A DNA stretch of 64,000 nt from an uncultured Gammaproteobacteria bacterium (GTDB lineage Bacteria; Patescibacteriota; Microgenomatia; Levybacterales; UBA12049). The notes below the pieces were generated by a model. The model did no database searches. It was given only the letters and a program-made list of their open reading frames with translations, and was not told the origin of the DNA. A program made the translations under genes and the position numbers. The stretch covers positions 1,272 through 65,271 of the forward strand of contig CAZILC010000007.1 in NCBI GenBank assembly GCA_964540055.1. The letters run 5' to 3'. Positions 27,318-35,627 of the stretch are shown here, in pieces. The first letter of the stretch is position 1. Each line of letters begins with the position of its first letter.

Positions 27318-28724
27318 ATGAAAATGAAACCAGTAAAAATTGTCGCCACAATCGGACCTGCGACGCATACTGAAGAAAATCTGTATGAACTAGCAAAAGC
27401 AGGTGTTGATGTTTTCCGCATTAATTTTTCCCACGCAACCCCTGAAGAAGCAACTGATCGCATCACTTGGATACGAAACGCGGAGAAGAAGTTGGGCAGA
27501 CCACTCGCAGTCATGGGAGATCTTCCGGGTCCCAAAATCCGCATCAGTAATGTAAAACCGGATACGATTCTGGAAAAAGGTCAAAAATTTGTCGTTTCTA
27601 AAAATATTCAAGTGGGTGATAAAAATGGATGTGGAGTTAATCAACCATCAATTCTAGATAACATTAGCGAAGGCGCAGAAGTGTATATCGATGATGGGAC
27701 AATAAAATTAGTCGTAGATAAAAAAATCGATGATGGCATCGAAACGACTGTTGCAGTCGGAGGACTGCTCAAGCCTCGTAAAGGTTTTTCGGCTGAGGGT
27801 TTGACACTCGCACTGCATGAAGTTACCGATCAGGATAAAAAGGCAATTGAGCTTATTGTCGCATTGAAAGCTGACGCGATTGCTGTTTCTTTCGTCCAGA
27901 CAGCACAAGATGTCAAAAATGTCCGGGATTTGCTTCCAAATGATTCCCGTATTATGCTGATTGCCAAAATGGAAACGGCAAAGTGTGTCGAAAATGCTGA
28001 GGAAATTGTTGAAGAAGCAGACGGTATTATGGTAGCACGTGGGGATTTGGGTCTGTCTATCCCGATTGCAAAAGTCCCACTCATCCAAAAGAAATTGATT
28101 GATCTTTGTGTCCGCAATGCCAAACCGGTCATCACCGCAACTCAAATGCTAGAATCCATGGTCTCAAAACCCATACCGACCCGTGCAGAAGTTGCCGATG
28201 TAGCAAATGCAATTCTTGATCGGTCTGATGCTATCATGCTTTCAGCTGAGACTGCTGAGGGTAAATTCCCGGTTGATACTGTTGAAATGATGGTAAAAAT
28301 TATTGAAGAAGTGGTTGGAAGCGTTTCAGTTTACGAATATAAAGAACGGAAAACTATCAGTAACGCGATTACTGATTCTGTGGGAACGATAGGTGATTTG
28401 ATTGATGGTAAATTAATTATTGCTTTTACCGATTCAGGTAAAACGGCGAGAAAAATTTCAAGGCATCGTCATCCGCAAGCAATTATTGCTCTTTCGCCCA
28501 GTAATTCCACGATTAGAAGGTTGAATTTTTCTTGGGGAGTTCATCCGCAAAAAATTGAGAATATTAATAATTTTGAAGAAATGCTTGCGGAGGCAAAAAA
28601 AATTGCAAAAAATAATCCTGTTGAGCCGCTTGTTGAAGGAGATAAATATGTCATCTCTGCTGGCATGCCCTTCGGTGAAACAGGCACCACCAATATGATC
28701 CTCGTGCAGAAAGTGAAAAATTAG
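27318..28724 (+). CDS. pyk: Pyruvate kinase
   Basis: 468 aa. KIVATIGPA, FRINFSHA, MVARGDLG and ATQMLESM motifs. Confidence 0.95.
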   Translation: MKMKPVKIVATIGPATHTEENLYELAKAGVDVFRINFSHATPEEATDRITWIRNAEKKLGRPLAVMGDLPGPKIRISNVKPDTILEKGQKFVVSKNIQVGDKNGCGVNQPSILDNISEGAEVYIDDGTIKLVVDKKIDDGIETTVAVGGLLKPRKGFSAEGLTLALHEVTDQDKKAIELIVALKADAIAVSFVQTAQDVKNVRDLLPNDSRIMLIAKMETAKCVENAEEIVEEADGIMVARGDLGLSIPIAKVPLIQKKLIDLCVRNAKPVITATQMLESMVSKPIPTRAEVADVANAILDRSDAIMLSAETAEGKFPVDTVEMMVKIIEEVVGSVSVYEYKERKTISNAITDSVGTIGDLIDGKLIIAFTDSGKTARKISRHRHPQAIIALSPSNSTIRRLNFSWGVHPQKIENINNFEEMLAEAKKIAKNNPVEPLVEGDKYVISAGMPFGETGTTNMILVQKVKN

Positions 28725-28784
28725 GAGTATTACCCTAACTTAAATATAACAAAAAACCTCAAGTGTGATATACTATAAGTCAAT

Positions 28785-29609
28785 ATGGTCGAGCGTCGAG
28801 GCGGCATCCCTGATACAGAACATGTCCTAACCCCAACAGCAGTTCCCTTTAGAGAAGCGTGTTATTTATTTTTTGATGCTGTTACACCTGCAGATGTGGC
28901 AAGCAGCTTTAGTGGCGTGCTCGATATGAAGATAGACCCAACTTCAACCTATTACTCAGATGTACAAGACTTCATAAGTTACCGAGTCAGAATACCCCCT
29001 CCACAAACAACTTTACATGTTGGTGCATTGACTCATGAGCTATTACAAATGCAGCATCCTGCTCTTTGGCTCAAATTATTTAGAAAAACACGAAAGAGAG
29101 AGAGTGGTGGTGCAATTGATGCTAAATTAAAAGAAGCCTTTCCTGCCAGTGTTAGACAAGTACCTCTTTTAGATATTGCTGCCGAAAAACTTGCTACACA
29201 AAACCTTCGTATTTTTGGTCAGACTGTTCTTGAGCTTGGACTTTCTGCAGTTTATGGACCTAATTTCCCCAAAGCTATACCTGAGAGTGCAAAATATGCA
29301 AGAGATGGAAGTATTGCCAGACGATATGAGGCAGTACTTGAAGCAAGTAAACCGTTTGAAGCTCCAGCATCCTCTGCACAAGAAGTTGTAACAAGACTTC
29401 AACAACTTTTCCCTCCAAATCCTATATCTGTACCTACCTCGGCGTTAAATGCAATTCGTGGAAAACGCGCTTTTGATGGACCTGTTCATCTTTGTCCTGC
29501 ACCCGGGTTAACAAGGATGCTTTTTGATGAGTATGGGAAAAAATTACTTCAAGTACCTTATCAGCAAAGATTGGTAAGATCACTCCAGGGAGGTCTGCGC
29601 TCGCGGTAA
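28785..29609 (+). CDS. Hypothetical protein (orphan)
   Basis: 274-aa ORF. Extended -10 TGaTATACT lies 10 nt upstream. C-terminus is ...GGLRSR. No family recognised. Confidence 0.6.
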   Translation: MVERRGGIPDTEHVLTPTAVPFREACYLFFDAVTPADVASSFSGVLDMKIDPTSTYYSDVQDFISYRVRIPPPQTTLHVGALTHELLQMQHPALWLKLFRKTRKRESGGAIDAKLKEAFPASVRQVPLLDIAAEKLATQNLRIFGQTVLELGLSAVYGPNFPKAIPESAKYARDGSIARRYEAVLEASKPFEAPASSAQEVVTRLQQLFPPNPISVPTSALNAIRGKRAFDGPVHLCPAPGLTRMLFDEYGKKLLQVPYQQRLVRSLQGGLRSR

Positions 29610-29636
29610 ATATTTTTTTAGTAACTGGATAGGAAA

Positions 29637-31631
29637 TTATTTATTTTGTACTCGTTTGATTTGATCTCGGATAGCAATTGCTGTTTCAAAATCTAGTTTT
29701 TCCGCAGCCACTTTCATTTCTTTTCTCAACATTTTCAAAGCCTTATCCCGTTCATCTGGTAACAAAACTTCTTTTTTGGCGAACTGCATGATACCCTCAA
29801 GTTCTGGTTTTTCTTCAATTGGTTGCTGTTCAACGAGTTTGGACCTAATTGCTTTTTGGATCGTTTGGGGCGTGATGCCGTGTTTTTCATTGTATTCTAT
29901 TTGAATTTTGCGTCGGCGTTCGCCTTCGCCAATTGCAGCTTTCATACTGTCAGTCATCCTGTCTGCATACATAATGACTTTGGCATCGACATTGCGGGCC
30001 GCGCGTCCCATGGTTTGAATGAGCGATGTTCTGGATCTGAGAAATCCTTCTTTGTCTGCATCAAGAATCGCAACAAGTGAGACTTCAGGCAGATCCAAGC
30101 CTTCACGTAACAAGTTTATCCCTACAACAACATCAACTTCACCAAGCCGCAAACTGTCGAGCACATCTTGCCTATTTAACGTTTCAATGTCCGAATGGAG
30201 GTACTCAACTTTGATCTCATGTTCTTGCAGATAACTTGTCAACTCTTCGGCCATGCGTTTGGTAAGCGTTGTCACAAGAACTCGCTGTTTCTTCTCAACG
30301 CGTTTTTTGATTTCTCCCATGAGATCATCAATCTGGCCGGCACTGGGTTTGACTTCTACCACAGGATCAATGAGTCCAGTAGGACGAATAAGTTGCTCAA
30401 CGACTCCTTTTTCGGTTTCTTTCGCAAGCGAGACTTCATATTCATCAGGTGTTGCCGAGACGTACACGATTTGATTGGTTTTTCGCATGAACTCTTCAAA
30501 TTTTAACGGCCGGTTATCAAGAGCTGATGGAAGGCGAAAACCGTAATCGATCAGTGTGCGTTTTCTTGCCTGGTCGCCGTTATACATACCACGAAGCTGT
30601 GGGAGCGTGATATGTGATTCATCAACAATCAAAAGCCAATCATCAGACGCTGCGTCAAAATAATCGATAAGGGTATAGGGAGGTGAGCCTGGTGGGCGTT
30701 TGTCAAAATAGATTGAATAGTTCTCAATACCATTGACGTATCCGACTTCTTTGATCATTTCCAGATCATAACTCGTTCTTTGGGCAAGCCGTTGCGCTTC
30801 GAGTAATTTGTTTTCACTTCTGAATTTTTTGACTTGGGCTTCCAGATCATGATTAATTGCCTCAAATGCATCATGATAGCCGCGTGGATCGGTCATATAG
30901 TGTTTGGCTGGATAAATGACTGTTGCATCCAAATCCTGAGTTTTTTCGCCAGTGAGTGGATCAAATTCATACAAATTGGTCACAACTCCTTCGGCTTCGA
31001 TTCGGATTCCATTATCAATGTAGGCTGGGAAAAGATCGATATTGTTTCCTCGAACTCTGAATGTTCCCCGGCGGAATTCATAATCGTTACGGTCATACTG
31101 CAAATCGGTGAGTCGGATCAGAATATCTTTCTGGCTGATCTTGACGCCGCGTTTGAGCTCCAGCACAAATTTTCCATATTCAACAGGAGATCCGAGATTG
31201 TAAATACAGGAGACCGATGCGACCACTACTACATCTTTTCGCGTGAGGAGATTGGTTGTTGCTGCGAGGCGGAGTTTGTCTATTTCTTCATTGATTTCTG
31301 ATTCTTTTTCGATATACGTATCACTTGATGGAACATAAGCTTCAGGTTGATAATAATCGTAGTACGAAACAAAATACGAGACTGCATTTTCAGGGAAGAA
31401 ATCTCTAAACTCCTGATAGAGCTGTCCTGCAAGCGTTTTGTTGTGCGAAATGATGAGTGTGGGTTTTTGGATATTTCTGATTACATTTGCCATCGTGAAA
31501 GTTTTTCCACTACCTGTGACACCAAGGAGGACCTGGTGTTTGGCATCTTGTTTTAAATTTTCAGTTAATTGTTCAATTGCCCTTGGCTGGTCTCCGGTGG
31601 GTTTGAAATCTGATTTCAGGTGAAATTTCAT
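29637..31631 (-). CDS. uvrB: Excinuclease ABC subunit B
   Basis: The ORF track starts at 31658. ATG at 31631 (MKFHLKSDFKPTGDQPRAI...) matches UvrB N-termini and lies 7 nt after extended -10 TGtTACAAT. Helicase motifs GVTGSGKT and DESH, plus a C-terminal UVR domain. Confidence 0.95.
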   Translation of the reverse strand: MKFHLKSDFKPTGDQPRAIEQLTENLKQDAKHQVLLGVTGSGKTFTMANVIRNIQKPTLIISHNKTLAGQLYQEFRDFFPENAVSYFVSYYDYYQPEAYVPSSDTYIEKESEINEEIDKLRLAATTNLLTRKDVVVVASVSCIYNLGSPVEYGKFVLELKRGVKISQKDILIRLTDLQYDRNDYEFRRGTFRVRGNNIDLFPAYIDNGIRIEAEGVVTNLYEFDPLTGEKTQDLDATVIYPAKHYMTDPRGYHDAFEAINHDLEAQVKKFRSENKLLEAQRLAQRTSYDLEMIKEVGYVNGIENYSIYFDKRPPGSPPYTLIDYFDAASDDWLLIVDESHITLPQLRGMYNGDQARKRTLIDYGFRLPSALDNRPLKFEEFMRKTNQIVYVSATPDEYEVSLAKETEKGVVEQLIRPTGLIDPVVEVKPSAGQIDDLMGEIKKRVEKKQRVLVTTLTKRMAEELTSYLQEHEIKVEYLHSDIETLNRQDVLDSLRLGEVDVVVGINLLREGLDLPEVSLVAILDADKEGFLRSRTSLIQTMGRAARNVDAKVIMYADRMTDSMKAAIGEGERRRKIQIEYNEKHGITPQTIQKAIRSKLVEQQPIEEKPELEGIMQFAKKEVLLPDERDKALKMLRKEMKVAAEKLDFETAIAIRDQIKRVQNK

Positions 31632-31663
31632 GCCATCTATTGTAACACAGATGCACAAGAAGT

Positions 31664-32122
31664 TTAACTTAATTTACTAACTACTGCTCTTCTTCTATCC
31701 ATCTTGTTGCGAACCAACGCAACAGCGGAGTTGATTCTGTTTAGATCAACTTCATTTAATCTATTATTCAGAGGCAAATTATCACATGCATTTGCCATTG
31801 CTATAAACGTGTCTCTCAGAAAAGTTTCACAGGTTGTAGTAGGGACAAAATGCAAAACATGCATTCTTACAACCGTATTAAAAGAAGCAGGGTGAGTAGC
31901 ATTTTCTAAAATTTGAGGATATATTTGAGTAATTTCGTGCACTTTAGATAACATTTGTGTTCTCCAAAGTTCATGTAAAAATGGTATGGTAAGTCCCGGC
32001 TGATTTTGTAGATAATCTGCCATTTGCCGTGCACTGGCACCCGCGATCATTTTCTGTTCCGAAGGTTGTGGAAAAAAGGTAAAATTAGGTTGGCTAAAAC
32101 TTTCAAATTCTCTACGTGCCAT
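31664..32122 (-). CDS. Hypothetical protein (orphan)
   Basis: 152-aa ORF between ribH and uvrB with its own consensus promoter. No family recognised. Confidence 0.55.
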   Translation of the reverse strand: MARREFESFSQPNFTFFPQPSEQKMIAGASARQMADYLQNQPGLTIPFLHELWRTQMLSKVHEITQIYPQILENATHPASFNTVVRMHVLHFVPTTTCETFLRDTFIAMANACDNLPLNNRLNEVDLNRINSAVALVRNKMDRRRAVVSKLS

Positions 32123-32131
32123 AGAGCGAAC

Positions 32132-32160
32132 ATTTTAGCCTTTTTTATTGGATAAGTCAA
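32132..32160 (-). promoter_or_regulatory. Sigma70-like promoter, leaderless-type
   Basis: Minus strand reads TTGACT-17 nt-TAAAAT, then 9 nt to the ATG at 32122. Confidence 0.6.
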
Positions 32161-32186
32161 ACTATAGGTTTAATATTAGTTTGCGT

Positions 32187-32675
32187 TTACTTAATAATTT
32201 GCTTGAGGGTGAAGATTGTTTGGAGCACTGCATTTGCAGCTTCGATTCCTTTGTTGTATTCGTTTTGACTGGCGCGTTCTTCTGCGTGTTTGATGTCAGA
32301 TACAGCGAGGATTTCAAATGCGATTGGCATGTGATTATCGATAGAGAGGGACATAAGAGCACTTGTTACTTCATTAGCGATTAATTCGAAATGAAAAGTT
32401 GCCCCTTTGACGATAACGCCAAGTGCGATAATGCCGTCATATTTTGCTTTTTTTGATTCGGCGATTTTCTGAACAAGTAATGGTATTTCCCATGAACCGG
32501 GGACTCTATAGGTGTGTATATTCTTGTCCAGCACTCCAGCTGTTTGCAATGTACTTCTTGAACATGTTTCCAAATTGTCAACGAAATGTTCATGATAATT
32601 GGTGCGGACGATGGCGATTTTGAGTTTTTTGGCGAATTTTTTATCAAAGGCTGCTGCTTTTTGATTGATGAGCAT
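32187..32675 (-). CDS. ribH: 6,7-dimethyl-8-ribityllumazine synthase
   Basis: 162 aa. VPGSWEIP, and a GVIVKG...HFE region typical of lumazine synthase. Starts 2 nt after the ribE stop. Confidence 0.9.
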   Translation of the reverse strand: MLINQKAAAFDKKFAKKLKIAIVRTNYHEHFVDNLETCSRSTLQTAGVLDKNIHTYRVPGSWEIPLLVQKIAESKKAKYDGIIALGVIVKGATFHFELIANEVTSALMSLSIDNHMPIAFEILAVSDIKHAEERASQNEYNKGIEAANAVLQTIFTLKQIIK

Positions 32676-32676
32676 A

Positions 32677-33258
32677 TTATTTCAATCTTAGTTGATTTTC
32701 TATGTATTTTGCAAGTACATCAACTTCCAGATTTACAAAGTCGCCAACTTGGGCCTGATGAAGCATTGTCTGTTCCCACGTGTGGGGGATGATGCCGACA
32801 GTAAATTCGTCAGTTGTTACCGAAATTATGGTAAGCGATATTCCATTAATACTTATTGATCCTTTATCCACAAGATATTTTTTCAAGCTTTTAGGAAAAG
32901 AAAATGCAAAAAGATAACTGTTTCCTTTTTTGACAATTGATATGATTTTGCTAGTGCCATCAATATGTCCTTGAACGATATGTCCCGAAAGCAAAGTTTC
33001 CGCAGTCGCAGGGAGTTCAAGATTTACTTTGTCTTCAGGGTTAAGGTACTGAATATTCGTTTTCATTGCTGTTTCGGGCATAAAATCAATGGTAAATGTG
33101 GACTTGTCTTTCGCAACAACAGTTAAACAAATGCCATTCACGGCGATACTTGTGCCTAGTGAAAGTTTTTTGAGTAAGTCAGAGGAAGTTTTGATTTGTA
33201 GATTACTTGCTGTTTTTTCTTTGACAGTTCCAAGGTCTGTGATGATGCCGGTGAACAT
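32677..33258 (-). CDS. ribE: Riboflavin synthase alpha chain
   Basis: The ORF track starts at 33327. ATG at 33258 (MFTGIITDLGTV...) is the canonical riboflavin synthase N-terminus and lies 6 nt after extended -10 TGtTACAAT (33265-33273). Two lumazine-binding repeats. Confidence 0.9.
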   Translation of the reverse strand: MFTGIITDLGTVKEKTASNLQIKTSSDLLKKLSLGTSIAVNGICLTVVAKDKSTFTIDFMPETAMKTNIQYLNPEDKVNLELPATAETLLSGHIVQGHIDGTSKIISIVKKGNSYLFAFSFPKSLKKYLVDKGSISINGISLTIISVTTDEFTVGIIPHTWEQTMLHQAQVGDFVNLEVDVLAKYIENQLRLK

Positions 33259-33320
33259 ACTTGCATTGTAACACATTTTTAAAAAGTCGGGTTTGATATT
33301 GTCTGTAGTAGTTAGCATTA

Positions 33321-33350
33321 TTGACAAAAATATACGAAATATCGTATATT
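33321..33350 (+). promoter_or_regulatory. Promoter-like element with an embedded perfect palindrome (candidate LexA operator 1)
   Basis: TTGACA (33321-33326)-18 nt-TATATT (33345-33350). The spacer and -10 contain ATATACGA-aata-TCGTATAT (33330-33349), an 8-bp perfect inverted repeat. It lies between divergent ribE and lexA. Confidence 0.45.
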
Positions 33351-33374
33351 TTTTAGTAATACTTATTGATTAAT

Positions 33375-33389
33375 TGTCATCCTGACAGG
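33375..33389 (+). promoter_or_regulatory. Second palindrome upstream of lexA (candidate LexA operator 2)
   Basis: TGTCA-tcc-TGACA, overlapping CCTGACAGG. It overlaps a -35-like TTGTCA (33374-33379) that sits 17 nt from TAATAA (33397-33402), 11 nt before the lexA ATG. Confidence 0.4.
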
Positions 33390-33413
33390 TTTAAATTAAT
33401 AACGTATCTGTCT

Positions 33414-34040
33414 ATGCCCGGAGTACTATATAAAAAAGAAAGAGAAACACTAGAATTTCTCGTCCAGTTTCAAAACAAACATGGCTATGCGCCAACTCTT
33501 CGTGAGATAGCAAATGCCACCAATCATCGGAGTGTCTCTACTATCCATGTCATCCTTCGCAATCTTGTCGATAAAGGTTACCTGCAAAAAGTCGACGGCA
33601 ATGCCCGCGTTCTTCGAATCAAAGATCAGAGCATCGTTGCCACTTTCATGGGCGTCCAACCATCTGTAGAGTTACCGTTGATGGGATATATTGCCGCCGG
33701 AAAACCACTGGAACCGCATGTTGATCCGAACGCGACATTTCAAGTTTCAGCGTCCATGCTTTCGGGTTCAAAAACTTCGTATGTCTTGCAAGTAAAAGGG
33801 GAGTCAATGATTGAAGATGGGATTTTTGATGGAGATTTCGTTGTCATTGAAAAAGTAAATGTGGCAAATAATGGTGAGATAGTCGTTGCTTTGGTAGATG
33901 ATAATCTCGCAACATTAAAACGCTTTTACAAAGAAGGTGGCAAAGTCGTCCTCAAACCCGCAAATGCCTCAATGTCACCGATTTATCCCAATACGATCAA
34001 GATACAGGGGAAAGTGGTGGGATTGGTGAGAAGATATTAG
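33414..34040 (+). CDS. lexA: LexA repressor (S24 autopeptidase)
   Basis: The ORF-track start (33366) is TTG. ATG at 33414 gives MPGVLYKKERETLEFL...GYAPTLREIA (winged-helix N-domain). The C-domain has a GESM serine and a downstream Lys (ATLKRF). Confidence 0.9.
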   Translation: MPGVLYKKERETLEFLVQFQNKHGYAPTLREIANATNHRSVSTIHVILRNLVDKGYLQKVDGNARVLRIKDQSIVATFMGVQPSVELPLMGYIAAGKPLEPHVDPNATFQVSASMLSGSKTSYVLQVKGESMIEDGIFDGDFVVIEKVNVANNGEIVVALVDDNLATLKRFYKEGGKVVLKPANASMSPIYPNTIKIQGKVVGLVRRY

Positions 34041-34857
34041 CATCAAAAAGAACAGGAGATTCATCATATTTAAACGGATCTACCCATACAAGTGTACCAT
34101 CTACTCTTTGGACAAAATTATCTGGTCGTAATAAATGTAATTCTGATCCAATTCGGGTAAATGCGTCTTGGTAAATATTATTCCATAAATCATTTTGTTG
34201 TGATTGTATAAATTCTTCAATTATTTCAGCTATGGGCTTAATTTTTTGTAATAAATAGGCTCCATCCGGTTTGACACCTTCTATATATTCTGTACAGGAC
34301 ATCTGACCGGATGCAAACATAAAAGTTGGCATTTCAATTTGTGCTTGACTGAGTATTTTATCCAAATCAGCAGCCAGAGTTTGTGATTGAAGCATTTCGT
34401 TAATGTATGGTTGCCTGAAATTTTTATGTCTTGCTTCAACCGTAGCTGGTGTTTTGATCATATATTTTTTATCATTAGTTTCTAATAAGAAAAGCTTTGA
34501 TTGTGCATGAGCATGACTTCTTACTCTTTTCATTGACCTATTATTTCCTAAATCAATTTCTCTATTTGATGCAGCATTTTGCAATACATATACACCGTGT
34601 TCAATATTATCTATAATATTTGGGTTTTGACCCAAAAACGTATCGCCTTTTTTTGAGACGAGAAGAGCAGCTCTTGTTTCATTACCCGCTCTATCAAGAT
34701 AACTTTTGGTGTGCGAAACAATTAAACGATTGCCAAATTTATCTCTTTTTTTACCATCCGGATGATCCTCTTTTGTTACAACATGTCTTACAGGGGCATC
34801 AGGACGAATTAGCCACGGAATTGTATTACTAAATCTTTCTGGACCAGCTTTAACCAT
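33997..34857 (-). CDS. Protein-kinase-like fold / phosphotransferase (APH, fructosamine-kinase-like) protein (orphan)
   Basis: The ORF-track start (34905) is TTG. ATG at 34857 lies 7 nt after a consensus promoter. Candidate motifs: YMIKTP (Lys), TEYIEG (hinge), LLRPDNF (catalytic loop), VWVDPF (metal-binding Asp). The 3' end overlaps the lexA 3' end by 44 nt. Confidence 0.5.
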   Translation of the reverse strand: MVKAGPERFSNTIPWLIRPDAPVRHVVTKEDHPDGKKRDKFGNRLIVSHTKSYLDRAGNETRAALLVSKKGDTFLGQNPNIIDNIEHGVYVLQNAASNREIDLGNNRSMKRVRSHAHAQSKLFLLETNDKKYMIKTPATVEARHKNFRQPYINEMLQSQTLAADLDKILSQAQIEMPTFMFASGQMSCTEYIEGVKPDGAYLLQKIKPIAEIIEEFIQSQQNDLWNNIYQDAFTRIGSELHLLRPDNFVQRVDGTLVWVDPFKYDESPVLFDANIFSPIPPLSPVS

Positions 34858-34864
34858 GGGTGGA

Positions 34865-34893
34865 ATTATATCCAAAAACCTATAGTAAGTCAA
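34865..34893 (-). promoter_or_regulatory. Sigma70-like promoter, leaderless-type
   Basis: Minus strand reads TTGACT-17 nt-TATAAT, then 7 nt (tccaccc) to the ATG at 34857. Confidence 0.6.
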
Positions 34894-34914
34894 CGAAGTA
34901 AGCAAACTATTTCT

Positions 34915-35538
34915 TTATCGTAATGATGAAATAATTCCATAATGCTCATAATTTTCGGGGTCATCATCCACGTCAAGCCTTGTATAAGGAATAGCCTCAG
35001 CTACAAAAATTCTTTCAGCAGCCATCATTGTTGTTGCATCAGAGGTAATAAGGAGATGCCCATCAGTATCAAGAACATCCTTTGCTACTCTAATGAGTCT
35101 CCGGTCTAATTGTTTTATCGGATCAGGATCAAGGAAAAATGCCGCAATTAAATCAGCTTTTTTTCCTCTTCGTTTCATATCTTCAAGAAAATCAATACCG
35201 TCTCCTGTATAAATCTGATGAGGAGGTAATATACCGAATTCCGACATTTTATCAGTTCTATGTGGCATTCTTTCAAGTGCTACAACTGATCCTTGATTCA
35301 TTCGAGCAAGCTGCACCAAAGGGATAGTAGAAATTCCATCACCCGCTCCAAAATCAATAATTCTTTTTTTATGTGACAAAATTACACCATTTTGTGAGGC
35401 AGCTGTTAGATAATCAACAGCGTTTTTCGCAAACCATTGCGTACGTCTATCATATTTTCCCACAAGTGAAACACTTGCTAGATCAAGTGAAAATTCTGGT
35501 TGTGGTAAGCCAAATCTGGCTTCATTCATTCCAGGCAT
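34915..35538 (-). CDS. SAM-dependent methyltransferase-like protein with DPPY-like motif (orphan)
   Basis: The ORF-track ATG at 35544 abuts the -10 box. ATG at 35538 (MPGMNEARFG...) lies 6 nt downstream. Motif I is RIIDFGAGDG, with an acidic VVALE. Motif IV-like DLIAAFFLDPDP resembles the (D/N)PP(Y/F) of amino-group methyltransferases such as RsmD/HemK. Confidence 0.55.
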   Translation of the reverse strand: MPGMNEARFGLPQPEFSLDLASVSLVGKYDRRTQWFAKNAVDYLTAASQNGVILSHKKRIIDFGAGDGISTIPLVQLARMNQGSVVALERMPHRTDKMSEFGILPPHQIYTGDGIDFLEDMKRRGKKADLIAAFFLDPDPIKQLDRRLIRVAKDVLDTDGHLLITSDATTMMAAERIFVAEAIPYTRLDVDDDPENYEHYGIISSLR

Positions 35539-35544
35539 ATTCAT

Positions 35545-35573
35545 ATTATAGGTTATATTTAATTGTAAATCAA
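35545..35573 (-). promoter_or_regulatory. Sigma70-like promoter, leaderless-type
   Basis: Minus strand reads TTGATT-17 nt-TATAAT, immediately followed by ATGAATATG. The second ATG (35538) is at the 6-nt distance seen elsewhere in the window. Confidence 0.6.
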
Positions 35574-35627
35574 CTTCTTCCTTAAAGCTAATTTTGAATT
35601 TATATATATCTGGTGTATAATAGTTTC

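Noticed and set aside
27290-27544. 84-aa minus-strand ORF spanning the yraN-pyk junction
   Set aside because: It overlaps the pyk N-terminus antisense and the yraN stop. It has no promoter or motif support, and the pyruvate kinase assignment on the plus strand is unambiguous.
33259-33330. FMN riboswitch upstream of ribE-ribH
   Set aside because: The extended -10 box sits 6 nt from the ribE ATG, so there is no leader to hold a ~130-nt aptamer. None of the conserved FMN-element strings were seen on the minus strand.
31632-33350. uvrB being controlled by the lexA-region palindrome through a ribE-ribH-orf-uvrB operon
   Set aside because: The orphan at 32122 and uvrB at 31631 each have their own good promoter-like element immediately upstream. 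Neither palindrome recurs there. Operon-level SOS control is therefore not supported.
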